A stretch of 64,000 nucleotides of DNA, from assembly GCA_946965045.2 (NCBI GenBank), contig OX337242.1, forward strand, positions 868,001 to 932,000, given 5' to 3'. This DNA comes from Epithemia pelagica (lineage: Eukaryota > Protista > Bacillariophyta). A program made the position numbers and the translations under genes. Under the pieces are notes generated by a model, which saw only the letters and a program-made list of their open reading frames with translations, did not search any database and was not told the origin of the DNA. Positions within the stretch are counted from its first letter, which is position 1; each line of letters starts with the position of its first letter. Positions 41,901 through 52,959 of the stretch are shown piece after piece.

Positions 41901-42635
41901 CTCAATAGTAATCGACTTGTCGGATCAAACTGGCCTGGTCTTTGGGACAGCTGATACAACTAGTCATACTCCTACTTATTAAAAACTACTAGTAGCAACA
42001 AAACACAACATGTTAACTGCTCTAGTGGCACTACCATATCTAGAAGATCGGGCCCCTATCTCATGGTCCGGGCGGTCGGGTCGATTTCCCCAAACTCCGT
42101 CGGAATTTCAAGAGGTCTGCACAAAAAGCATACGTCGAGTGGCGAATCTTCACAGAGAGATATCCACCCCCACTTTTTGAACTCGACGAAGGGATCTACA
42201 AACCTACAAACGCACATGACAGAACATATCTCAAAGAGGGGCATCATTCGATCCATCAATTCGCCCCATGAATAGATTCGAAAAGAGGGGACCTTAGTCT
42301 ACCAAAGCTATCCACTCCTAACATCAAACAAACTTTCATTTCTCTCTCTAGTACTCCTAGCTAGTACTCCTAGAGTCTAAGGGGGTGACAGACTCTTCTA
42401 AAGTGTCTATGTAGTCCCACAATCATTGCCATTGCATGGCAAGGGACAATTGAGAACAGCATGTGTGCAAAGAGAGACAACAATGTATAATGATGCGTGA
42501 ACGAGATGCACTGCCGATTCGGAATTCGGCAGAGGCAAAGCAAAGTTTGTAGGTTCATGATTCCCCTTTCAACCCAAACTCCATCCGGAACAAACAGGCA
42601 TCCTTTTCGAATTTTTCGTCTCAATTGGACACGGA

Positions 42636-43121
42636 TTATGGGGTGTCGTTCTTCTTGTCCAGTGGATGGTGCATGTTGGGTAGACGAATGCGGAACGATT
42701 CGCGGTATCCATTGTCACCCCAATACGTGAAACGCACCGTGGTTTGTTGAGTACAAGAACCCAATGACACAAAGAGCGAACGGAGCGTCTCAAAAATTTC
42801 TTCATCAGTCATGCCTTCCTGGTACGAGGCAATCTCCCCTCTCACCTCTACCACTGGCTCCACATAAGTTTGGAGAGTCGTCTCATTTTGAGGATCGACG
42901 AACCCGTATGAAATATCTTGTGTGACACCGAAAATGGCACCGACAAACTTCTCCTTGTTGCGGTGGCGTTCTTTCATCCATGATGTAAACGCTTCCAAAA
43001 GATCGGATCGATTAAATTCCATGCCTCCTTTTTCGTACCCTGATCTCAAACCGACCGTTCCACTGAAATGGCGGCCTCGCGTCGTAGAAACTTCATATTC
43101 TTTATCACTAGCCGATGGCAT
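42636..43121 (-). CDS. Uncharacterised 161-aa globular protein
   Basis: ATG at 43121, intronless ORF with alternating alpha/beta composition (FSGTVGLRSGY...EPVVEVRGE...QTTVRFTY). No named family recognised. Confidence 0.6.
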   Translation of the reverse strand: MPSASDKEYEVSTTRGRHFSGTVGLRSGYEKGGMEFNRSDLLEAFTSWMKERHRNKEKFVGAIFGVTQDISYGFVDPQNETTLQTYVEPVVEVRGEIASYQEGMTDEEIFETLRSLFVSLGSCTQQTTVRFTYWGDNGYRESFRIRLPNMHHPLDKKNDTP

Positions 43122-43563
43122 GTTGTCGATGCCCGAAGATGCCAAGGGTGGGAGCAGAAGTGGGGTTTCTACAGGTGTCATTAAGACAAGGAAAGAAACT
43201 ACCGTCCGGCTCCACAAGACCATTTGATTTTGGATTTTGGACAATTTTGTGAGCGTATTCGTCCATGGTACATAGTACAACAACCATAAAATAAAACTAA
43301 CCCGAGCGGCAAAATAGCCCCTCTATGTATTTTAACGTGTTGTGTGCTTGCGCGCCGACGGAAATTTCGAGCGACCGTTGGATCGATTCTTTGTGTCCAT
43401 TGTCTCATTTTGGGTTTTCTGTACTTTTTATTCTTCATATCGTTTCTCTTTTGGAGCTTGCAGCAAATCAAGAAATCTCAATTCGGTAGAGACGATTGCA
43501 GTCTGGTACCGAATACATGTCTGTCGCCATTGTTTCCCATCGTGTACAGTGGATATCACAAGA

Positions 43564-45115
43564 TCAGGAGAAACTAGTAGATGGTCCAATAACATCATCC
43601 TCTCCAAATTCCACCAGCGAAAACTCGAGGGATGCATCATCTTCATCATCATCACCATCCCTATGTTGTCCGTTCATATAGGCTTGATGATCATGATAAT
43701 GAGTCCGCCTGGAGCAATCTGATGAAGTGCCACGTTGTCCCGACCCAGGAGTTCCGTTGTCGCGGTTGACCACGGCATCGACCGACAAGGCGAACAAGGC
43801 CTCTCCTGCACAGCGATCACTTTCTGTGAGATCATCGAAAGAGACAGAGGACGTTTGGTGCCCTACGCCAGAAGAGGAGGATGGTACTATGGGAGATGGT
43901 GGTCGCTCGTTCTTCCGACTCACGGTTCCGTCTCGGTGTCTTCGTCGTGACGTCTGCTGCGGCGGTTCCTGCCATTGAAGCCGATCCTGCCCCCAGCCGG
44001 TCTCCATAGGATCCCGCTGGTGACGCATTCCTTCCGCCTCGTATCTTGGGAACGAAGAAGTCGTATAGTACGACGTGTTCCTGTTGGAGTCGTATGCAGG
44101 AGTCCGTGGTTTCATCCTTTTAGTTTTATCTTGTTTCAAGGAATCTTCACGAAGTGACTGCTGTTCTGCTTTCCATGTTGGGGTGCCAGCTCCACTACGA
44201 GTGCCGGTTGAAAAGTCGTGATGCTGGTAGTCCTCCCTGGGGAAGTGCGCTACATTTCCGTTGTTCGTTGTTCGTGCCACGGGACAATAAGACTGCGATG
44301 ATGGTTCTGGCTGTGTTTCAATTCGTTGCCTGTTGCAGTCCTCGTCAACATGATGACTTCTTACAGCTTCAGGATTCTGACCGGGTTCATAAGTACTCAG
44401 ATCTTGATCGTCGGCAAGTCGTCTTTTGTGCCGCATTGCCTGGTTGATGAGGACCAAGACAAAGAAGAGAACATGAACAAGAAACAAGATGCAAGAAAGA
44501 AAACGTCAATATTGAAGAAGTAGAAGCGCATAAACATTGGACGCAGATGGACGGGTTATCTGTACGAACCTGAGACACTTTCACCCGGGCTTTTCGATCA
44601 CATAGTTCGACAAGTCGGAGTTCGGTGCAATTGTAACTACTGGTATCTTCTTTCATGAATCGACCACCACGTTGTTTTACAGAATTTACAATGAAGGTCG
44701 TGATGGCTACTTTCTCTTTGTTGCTTGTCGCCTTTTGGTAAGCAGGCAGATACTCGGTAATGAGTAACGCGAGACGACGATTCCCCTCATGTAAGTACGC
44801 TCCCTTGCCTCGTCCAGCAAACACGTCCACTGGACTGAGCATGTCGTAAAGGCTTGACATTTTTCTGTTTTGTCGAGGAGGTTGTGGGTTGTGTTGAAAA
44901 GAAGAGCCAATGCTGCTTTGTGTCCTTACCACACAATTCGACTCTTCGGTGGGCGACTGGAAGTGCTGCAGCTGGCGTTGGAACTCACTCCTATCAGCAC
45001 GCGTCCGTAAGCTCCTTCTTCTGATGCTTCTTTGCGGAGCATCAACAACGCTCTCATCATTGTTTGAACGCCCTCTCTTCTTGGAACGCTGCCATGGGTG
45101 AGTATTTTCTTCCAT
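43564..45115 (-). CDS. DUF6824-domain protein (diatom-expanded), 2 exons
   Basis: DVFAGRGKGAYLHEGN...EKVAITTFIVNSVKQRGGRF...ARVKVSQ|AMR. Intron 44569-44440, phase 0. Confidence 0.8.
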
Positions 45116-45945
45116 GGTGGTGTTCTGTACTCGTTGTTTCAAAATGATTTTTGTTTGGTGGACGTTGAACGTAATAAAGCGAACACCACGTAGGGGAAAT
45201 GGGAAAAGAACACATCTGGACGTAGCACCGAGAGCGACTGGGTAGTGCAAATCCTATCTTGACCTTGATGGCGTTGAGGAGGATCTTGTCGTTCTATTGA
45301 TCTTTCCGAGATGGCGCAGCATGCCGCAAGATCCCGCATGTACCACGTTCTCTGTATTATTGTAAGGGCTATTGTCCACAGACGCAGAACACGAGCACGT
45401 CCGGCGTCCAGCACTTTCGGGGGAGTTCCCGCCATTGGATGATCGCGCGCCGGCATTGAAGACTCAATTAGTGCCACACGAGTAACCCAAATCACAAATC
45501 ACAATCAAAGAGGGTCTAAAGTTCCATGAACGGAACGACCATGAAAAGTGCATTTCTTGGACGAACGGTTATCTCTGAAACTGAAAACCACCATATTGTC
45601 TCTCAACCCGAATGAATCCCATGTCAAAACATCCCTTCCACAGTCAGTGAAGAACGCAACTCGTTCAGTATAGGATAAGGCTACAGTATTGGAGGTAATG
45701 GTTTTGTGGGATTAGTTTGTCACTCATGTTTACAATAGGACAATACAGGTATAGTCTCGCTACTAGAGTGGAGAAGCATTGTTGACACGCTCACATTTAC
45801 CTTGACACTATTCCCTTTCTTTCCACACGTTTTCCACACATTTCCCTGCCATGCATACTTCCATAGAACTAATTGAGGCTGCTTGCGCTCTCGTCCCACT
45901 CCGAACGTCCCGCTGCCCCCCTTCATACCAAAGGACGATATTGGT

Positions 45946-47187
45946 TTAATGAATGGTGGCGGCTGTTGTAGAATCATTCGTATTGGAAAAGATCCCTCCT
46001 GTGGGTTCGTTGCTTTGCAAAAAGACGCCGTCATTGCTCGATCCATGCACATATTCTTCGTCGTCGTCGTCTTCTTCTTCCTCCTCCTCTTTTTGTTGTT
46101 GTGGGCGGAGTTGGTGTGGGAAATCTTCGTCTTCTTCGCGACGATGGGGGTACAAGTTCATGATACTGCCATTGATCTTGTCGCCATCATCATCATCTTC
46201 GTAGATGGAAGAAAGCATGACTTCCATACGACTTGCTTTGGAATTCCAGGAACGGGATGTCGAACGACTCGGCACAGATGGAGCTGCCAACGACGGAGTC
46301 TGCCACAAGTTGACTTGGCTATGATGATCATGGAATGAGGAGGACGACGACGACGAGGCGTCACGTGCCTGCCGCCGTCGTCGTCGCACCAAATAAATGG
46401 TCATTCCTACCACCCACCCAATCAAGAACAAGCTCAACACTACAGCTCCACCCGTCGACATGCCCTCATTCCTGTTCGCACCATCCTGATTGGGTGCATA
46501 AAAGCCTCGATTGGGGTCGATCAAGCCCTGCAAATCCTGAGATTCAAAGACAAGTCGTTCGCAGTGACTTCCTTCAAAATGTTCATTGCATTCACATCCC
46601 GCATTCATGTATTGTTCCCGAAAGTCCAAATCTCCCGGCTGTTCTTTGGCCGCCAAAAAGTCGACCCGACACTTGCCTCCATTGGTACAAAAGTACAAGG
46701 GACGATCGGGATGGTAGGGATGAGGATTGCAGTATTCCGTGTAGCCCTTGCGACACACCTTGCCGGCAAAGTTGGAATCGACGCGATCGGCAATACCACA
46801 ATGACAGCTCCATTGATGATTCAACGAAAAGGGATCAGGTGTGGCGACCCAGGGAGAGGTGGAGATGACAAGTTCATCGCAGGCACGGCCAGAATATTCA
46901 CAGGTTTGGTCGGAAAGACAATTTTCTGTGGGAATTTCGCACACGACGCCACCCCATCCAGGAGGACATCGACATCGTTGAATGAGACCACCGGACTGAG
47001 AAATCTTTTGCAACTGATTCACCGTATCGGCCACGAATTCGCAAAAGCCATTGTTTTCGCATTCCAGTATACAATCGCGTCCCATGGGAGAGAGACTGAG
47101 TTGGTCATCAAAGTTATGGTTGGCCTCAAGTGGAGAGGCCATTGTAACAAGAAGCAATAGGGCTGGGTGGTTCCATTCCAATCTCAT
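45946..47187 (-). CDS. EGF-like-domain type I membrane protein
   Basis: Signal peptide; CENNGFC..CRCPPGWGGVVCE and CTNGGKC..CECNEHFEGSHCE; TM GAVVLSLFLIGWVVGMTIYLV followed by RRRRR; acidic cytoplasmic tail. Confidence 0.8.
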   Translation of the reverse strand: MRLEWNHPALLLLVTMASPLEANHNFDDQLSLSPMGRDCILECENNGFCEFVADTVNQLQKISQSGGLIQRCRCPPGWGGVVCEIPTENCLSDQTCEYSGRACDELVISTSPWVATPDPFSLNHQWSCHCGIADRVDSNFAGKVCRKGYTEYCNPHPYHPDRPLYFCTNGGKCRVDFLAAKEQPGDLDFREQYMNAGCECNEHFEGSHCERLVFESQDLQGLIDPNRGFYAPNQDGANRNEGMSTGGAVVLSLFLIGWVVGMTIYLVRRRRRQARDASSSSSSSFHDHHSQVNLWQTPSLAAPSVPSRSTSRSWNSKASRMEVMLSSIYEDDDDGDKINGSIMNLYPHRREEDEDFPHQLRPQQQKEEEEEEDDDDEEYVHGSSNDGVFLQSNEPTGGIFSNTNDSTTAATIH

Positions 47188-48101
47188 GGTTTGATCTTTG
47201 CGATGATGAAAGCGTTTACGAGGAACTTGGTCCGATCCAATTCAATGGATTGGTTCTTCCTTCCAAAATAAGGAAGGACGGCCACTGTTTTGAAATGGTA
47301 ATTATTTTGGTTTGAAGCTACTTGTTCTCTCACATGATTTCGCCGAGGACATGCCAGCAACAAACAAATCTCGGTTGGGTCTTGTGTGTGTCGTTTCCCA
47401 AAAATGGCGCATCGGCAAAAATCCCGAAAACCACATAAATTGTGAGGGAGACCAAACCAAAAACCTGGGATGAAAAATTTGCCGGAATGACTCGGTCCAT
47501 TCGCGCCGGGCGAGTCTCTGCAGGACTCCAAAGAGAGTTCCTCGGCACGGATCGGTCCCCCAACTGACACCCTTGGCCGGACAACGACTCCAATGGGCCA
47601 CAATGAGTATCGATGAGACCCATCCACACGGATTCCAAATTCATACATACGACCAAAGACCCCTTGTCGTTGGTTTGCTACACAAAAAAGAAAACTGTTC
47701 GGATACGAATAGCAGTTGTATTCCGACCGGTATGAGTCTCGTCGAGCGCTCCGGCCACTGTGAGTCTGATGGCTGTCACTTTGTCTCTCTCTTAGAAAGG
47801 GATGGGAACGTGATGGCACTGATAATTGGAAACGTGCAATACGTATTGGCATAAAAACAAATAGACATTCATCGTCCAACGATTTTTCTGTTGTACGGAT
47901 TGGGAGACCCAATTCCCGTCAAGTCTTGTGCTCGCACCCACACATCGTGTCAATTTGGAGCTTCCACAACCGCGTTTGTGTTTGCCCTGTGGTCCTGAGA
48001 AGCAGACCTCTCCAGAATTCGCTGCTATACAACAGTAGGATTACTCGAGCAGTTCCTGCCATTCATTCATTGCCAGTCCAATTCTTTGATCTGCGAGGAG
48101 C

Positions 48102-50447
48102 ATGGCAACGACACTTGTTCCATCCTCTGCACCTCTACCCAATCAAAACCTTTCTCCATGGGACTACAACCAGGAAGATGATCCACTTTCGTCTCATGCC
48201 ATCATCGATCCGGTTCCAATCGCTGCCGAAAAGAGACTGGACTGTCAACCGATGAAGGAGGGACAACAGCAATCCACAAATAACAAGGACGAATGGGTGA
48301 TGGGTCCCGGTGCATCTTCTAGCAACTACCAAAAGGAGACACAAGACGATACAAAGGATACTTTTGAGAAAGAAGTAGCAGATGGCACTGCCACTACCTC
48401 ATTTAGGAACATTGGTTTGAACACTCCGGATCAAGAGGACGAAAAGAAGGAGGACGATCATGAAGAACGAGCGTTTGTGACGGAAACTCCCACCAACTAT
48501 TACACGTGCCCTGAAGATGGAGAGGAGGAAAGCACGGGCGATTCCTCTCAAGACAATGACACCAATGGAGAGGAGGAAGATGAAGATGATGATGAAGAAT
48601 CGACCGAGATTCACTTTATTTCCGACGATGATTCTGCCGGTTCCTCGACTCTGGCACAACGTGCCTTTCATGCCTTTGCGCCCTATCTACAACGCAACCA
48701 CAACACTCATCACCACACCAGCATGACCAAACAACGCAAGGATCGACAGCCTACACCCGCAAACCAAAAGAAAAACCATGGCTTGCACGAGTGGGCCTGG
48801 CGTCAAGGTTCCTATCAATCGCAGCCATTCCCAGAACAGCAAGACGAGGAACCACAGGCAACCTCCTACAACACGCATGGACGTCAACCGCCACAACCCT
48901 CGTCTCATGTTGCAAGTCCTAAAACCACACTATCTGCCTCCTTGCCTACCACTCAGGCAAGAACGGCTGAACAGGATGGAGCAATGCGGAGGCCTCCATC
49001 TAGGAGTAGTTTGGTGTTGCGAAACCAATCCCTGGACCTGACGGAACAGAAAACGGGTTCTCAAGATGAAGAAATGGAACATAAACACGACGAAGAAGCG
49101 GCTCGAGAATCGTCCTCCTCTTCATATTGGTTCTCCCTTTCCAAATCCTCCTCCTTCTCATCGTCCGCCATTCCTTTGTTGTTCCCTCCCGCTTCTGCTT
49201 CACTGTCATCTTCAGGACAAGAACAACCCAAAGGATCTGCCCATTCTGCGCGCAAAGATTCTTCCCTATCCACCTTGACTCATAGTCACGGCAACAAGCC
49301 CCATCACTCGAAGCAACCACGCAAGTTTGGTCTTCCAGTATCGTCTTGGTCTTCGGCCTCCGTATCGTCGTCCATGTCACCATCCCTCGTCTCCCGAACC
49401 ACGAGCAGTACTACGAGAGCAATCGCCTCGGTGGTCCGTTCCTCGACACGGGTTCTACCCGGAGAATCCGATCGAATTGCCCATACCGAGTCCTTTGAGG
49501 TTTCCCTGGAGGGGACCACTGACACAATGGTCTTGTATGGGGCGTCCAACATGCCCCCGCATGACTATACCCAAGACGAGCAGGACGAGGAGGATCAAGA
49601 CGAGCACCGGCTCTTACAACCTCCCCAGTACTACTACCATTCGTATCCACAACCCCAATTTATATCCGAACTTTCATGGGAGGGAGGCAATCAACTACAG
49701 CCTCCTCAAGGTGATCGAGTACCACCCAACAATACCGGTGGGCCGGATACAAATGTACGGAAACCGCATCGACGAGGCCTGGCTGGTCGGTTACCGTTTT
49801 CGTCGTCGTCTTCTTCTTCTTCTTTGAAGCGCACGAGCAGAACATCGCAAAACGAGCCCAACAACCACGACAATGACAAGATTGCCGTTCATAATCACAA
49901 TAATACCACACAGACAAATTCTGTGTTGGTGGGAACGTTTTGGACCGGATCTGACACCAGTTGTGCGGCCTCATCCTCCATTTCCAGCAAGGACGAGGAT
50001 GAGGAACGTCGCAACAGAGACGCAGAAATGACGCGTAGAATGCAAGACAAGGATTATGACAGCCACGCCAGTTCCAGTGTTTTGGCATTTTCCTGCGCGG
50101 GTGTCAAGGTGACCATGAAATGGGCACAACTCGTGATTGCACTTACCTGCATGCTTCTTATACTGGTGTTGATCTTTTTGATTGTGGGCTTTGGGAACGG
50201 TTGGTTTGGAAACGAAACGACTACCAATGTCAGTACCAACGAGAACAACAACGACTTCCAAGAAACTTCAAAGGGTCCCACCATCGGGACCACCTCGGTT
50301 TCCTCTTTGGTAGCGATCGAAGTAACCCCTTCCGTCCCGACCCTGGTAGTGTCGCCCACGTTCTCACCAAGTGCTGCACCCTTGCTACGCTCTCCCACGG
50401 TGGTACCGGTTGCCATGACAGGTTACCCTTCCTTTGCCCCAAACTAA
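48102..50447 (+). CDS. Uncharacterised disordered single-pass membrane protein with S/T/P-rich C-terminus
   Basis: 781-aa ORF; one hydrophobic segment (LVIALTCMLLILVLIFLIVGFG); PTFSPSAAP-type stalk. Confidence 0.7.
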   Translation: MATTLVPSSAPLPNQNLSPWDYNQEDDPLSSHAIIDPVPIAAEKRLDCQPMKEGQQQSTNNKDEWVMGPGASSSNYQKETQDDTKDTFEKEVADGTATTSFRNIGLNTPDQEDEKKEDDHEERAFVTETPTNYYTCPEDGEEESTGDSSQDNDTNGEEEDEDDDEESTEIHFISDDDSAGSSTLAQRAFHAFAPYLQRNHNTHHHTSMTKQRKDRQPTPANQKKNHGLHEWAWRQGSYQSQPFPEQQDEEPQATSYNTHGRQPPQPSSHVASPKTTLSASLPTTQARTAEQDGAMRRPPSRSSLVLRNQSLDLTEQKTGSQDEEMEHKHDEEAARESSSSSYWFSLSKSSSFSSSAIPLLFPPASASLSSSGQEQPKGSAHSARKDSSLSTLTHSHGNKPHHSKQPRKFGLPVSSWSSASVSSSMSPSLVSRTTSSTTRAIASVVRSSTRVLPGESDRIAHTESFEVSLEGTTDTMVLYGASNMPPHDYTQDEQDEEDQDEHRLLQPPQYYYHSYPQPQFISELSWEGGNQLQPPQGDRVPPNNTGGPDTNVRKPHRRGLAGRLPFSSSSSSSSLKRTSRTSQNEPNNHDNDKIAVHNHNNTTQTNSVLVGTFWTGSDTSCAASSSISSKDEDEERRNRDAEMTRRMQDKDYDSHASSSVLAFSCAGVKVTMKWAQLVIALTCMLLILVLIFLIVGFGNGWFGNETTTNVSTNENNNDFQETSKGPTIGTTSVSSLVAIEVTPSVPTLVVSPTFSPSAAPLLRSPTVVPVAMTGYPSFAPN

Positions 50448-50994
50448 ATGTATATTATCAAACAAAAGTTGATTTTCGCAACCCTACTAGGAGTACTAGG
50501 TAGAGAGCGATTTTTCAAGGTTGTCATTTGTCATGGCCCTAGCTAGGTAGGGAGCGGGAGGTAGGAGCAGGAGCATGGGTATACGGAATACGGATTACGG
50601 ATAAGGTATCTTTCCCGGTGTTGGTTTTTGGGGGCAAGCGGCCAACTCGTACATGCTAATTATTTGTCATATTATGATATAAGCCCTTTGAGTCGCTTTT
50701 GTCGAAGGAAATTAGTGGAGAGTAAGGGCATATGTATAATAATATTACCTGCACTCGATACAATTCTCGAGAACGCCAGCCGATTTGCCCAAATACGAGT
50801 ACCGATGTCCCACCATTTTTGTTGGTTGGAATTTTTGTTGTCGGATATGTGAAGGTAACATGAAAAATCTTTCTCGACAGAAACCATTTCGTCCTGGACG
50901 GCAAATGATCAGGGACTGCGCCTCTGTTCAAAGTCTCTTCTTTCGTAGATTTGGAACACTTCCATCAACGAGTTTCAAGAGGAATAGTTTGACA

Positions 50995-52676
50995 ATGGAG
51001 CCGTACCATATTGGGTCTGACGACAGATATATCCTTCATGACAATGACACCAACCATACATCTCCCACGGCACTTGAAGGAAATGCCTCTCACAGTGATC
51101 CAGAGCCGCACGATAAGATTCCACAAATAAAGGTAGAAGAGGAGTCGAAAGGCGAGGCTGAAAAGGGCAATATTTTCCAGGAAGATGAAACCAACCATAC
51201 ACCTCCCACGGCACTTGAAGGAAATGCCTCTCAAAGTCAACCAGAGCCGCACGATGAGATTCCAAAAATACAGGTAGAAGAGAAGTCGAAAGGCGATACT
51301 GAAAAGGGCAATATTTCCCAGGACGATGAAACCAACCATCCACCTCTTGAAGGAAATACCTCTCAAAGTGTGACCAAGCCTCTCGACGAGACTCCAAAAG
51401 TAAAGATAGAAGAAGAGTCGAAAAGTGATGCTGAAAAAGGAGATGTTTCAGACCAGAAGACCCACGAAGGTTCTTCAGTCGAGTTGCCAGAACACGACGA
51501 TCAAAGTCCTACAAATGATATACCACAAAGAATTGATCGTTTGCTTGGCCTTCCAACTGAGGGATTGGACTCCTTTTCTGGGGACGAAGCCAAGTTTGGA
51601 GATTCTGTTCTGAGCCTTTCTCAACTTTCGACCTCAAGTATCGGATTGGGTGTTGACACAAAATTCAGAAACTCCGACGGCCCACCATTGCTTATTTCTC
51701 CTTTTGACGTCCGACCACGACGCTCCAGTGGTAGCATGCTGTCCAAAGAATATTTTGATTCCAACTATGAGAAAGAGTCAGTTCTTTCTTCTGTTGGGGC
51801 ACATTCAGTTGGGTCTGATAACCGACCGGAGAAGGTCTCGCCTCTTTACATGCCCCCGACTTCTCCTGTCACGACCAATGGTTCTTCAACAGAGAGCGGC
51901 AGCAATGAGACTAAACCTAAAGAGAAAAGAAGGTTTTCGGAAACGGCAAAGGCGGCCATCATTGTCGGCGTGGTCATGCTCCTCACGTCGCTTGTTTTAG
52001 TATGTATCGCGATGGCCTCTTCTGTAACTTCTGATGACAACCATGACACGGTTGTCGAAAGCAACGACCATGAGGATTTTTGGAAGGTATATAATGATCA
52101 AACATCCAACAGCAAGTAAGTTACTGATCTCACTGAAAAATTCTCAGCATCACGCGTCATTCAGTATGTTGTCCTGACACAAGCTCACACGCAAGTCAAA
52201 ATGACCTTTTTGTTATTAGAGATACGAAGACGAACAGAACGGATGTATCGTATGCATCAATGCCGACGCCGTCACCCACAACAGATATTCAAGACGTGGA
52301 CGGTACGAATACAGACACGTCCAACTCGTTGCAAAGCGAACCTGGAATCTCACCAAGTCCATCAATTAGCCCAACTTTCACACCATCTGGTACACCATCT
52401 AGTACACCATCAATCAAACCCTCAGGTTCCCCATCGAGTATTCCACCATCTCGAGTCCCTTCCAACTTTCCATCCGTCTCTCCATCTCTTTCACAAATGC
52501 CAACAAGGACGACGAGTCCATCTAAATTCCCTTCCCAGAGTCCATCCCAATTTCCGTCCAAGTTCCGATCTAGTGCTCCAACCGTTTTGGGACTTCGACA
52601 ACAAGGTGTTGATCCAGATAGTGATGCTTCAGCCAGTCCCTCAGAGCACAGAGGTAAAAAAAGTGCTCGACTTTAA
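50995..52676 (+). CDS. Uncharacterised single-pass membrane protein with 47-aa repeats and mucin-like tail, 2 exons
   Basis: ATG 50995; TM AAIIVGVVMLLTSLVLVCIAMA; intron 52116-52219 joins in frame to a PTPSPT/PSxxPS-rich exon. Confidence 0.7.
51049..51460 (+). repeat. 141-bp in-frame tandem repeat, ~3 copies
   Basis: accaaccat starts at 51049, 51190 and 51331; unit TNHTxPTALEGNASxSxPEPHDxIPxIxVEExSKGxxEKG; the third copy is shorter and more diverged. Confidence 0.9.
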
Positions 52677-52959
52677 ACAGTTTTCTTTCAGATCCCATTC
52701 AATGGATTGGTTTGTTCATTAGAATATTTGTATTCTCTGTCTGCCTCTTTGATTCTATACGACAAAAAGACCGTGTTTCAACACACCAGAATGATTCAAT
52801 GAGCTTAGTCGTACATCTGACCCATACATCGTTGAATCGGGACAAGTATATGTCAGAAACATTCGGCAAGAGTCAACGAAAAGGAATGACTTTTTATGCA
52901 TGTAAATGACCCTGTTAATTTGATTCTCTTATCTTTACGGTGCTCATAGTTCGTCACTT

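Larger units (their letters stand above)
38509..42098. mobile_element. PIF/Harbinger-superfamily DNA transposon, two divergent genes, apparently intact
   Basis: Perfect 21-bp TIRs GGAGTTTGGGGAAATCGACCC (38509-38529, 42078-42098); 3-bp TSD GTC (38506-38508, 42099-42101); DDE transposase plus Myb-like accessory gene. Confidence 0.9.

Noticed and set aside
14862-42098. Fanzor/TnpB or other RNA-guided nuclease inside the transposons
   Set aside because: No RuvC-like motifs with a zinc finger were recognised in any ORF; the TE proteins are accounted for as Gag, RT/RNase H, YR, DDE and Myb-like.
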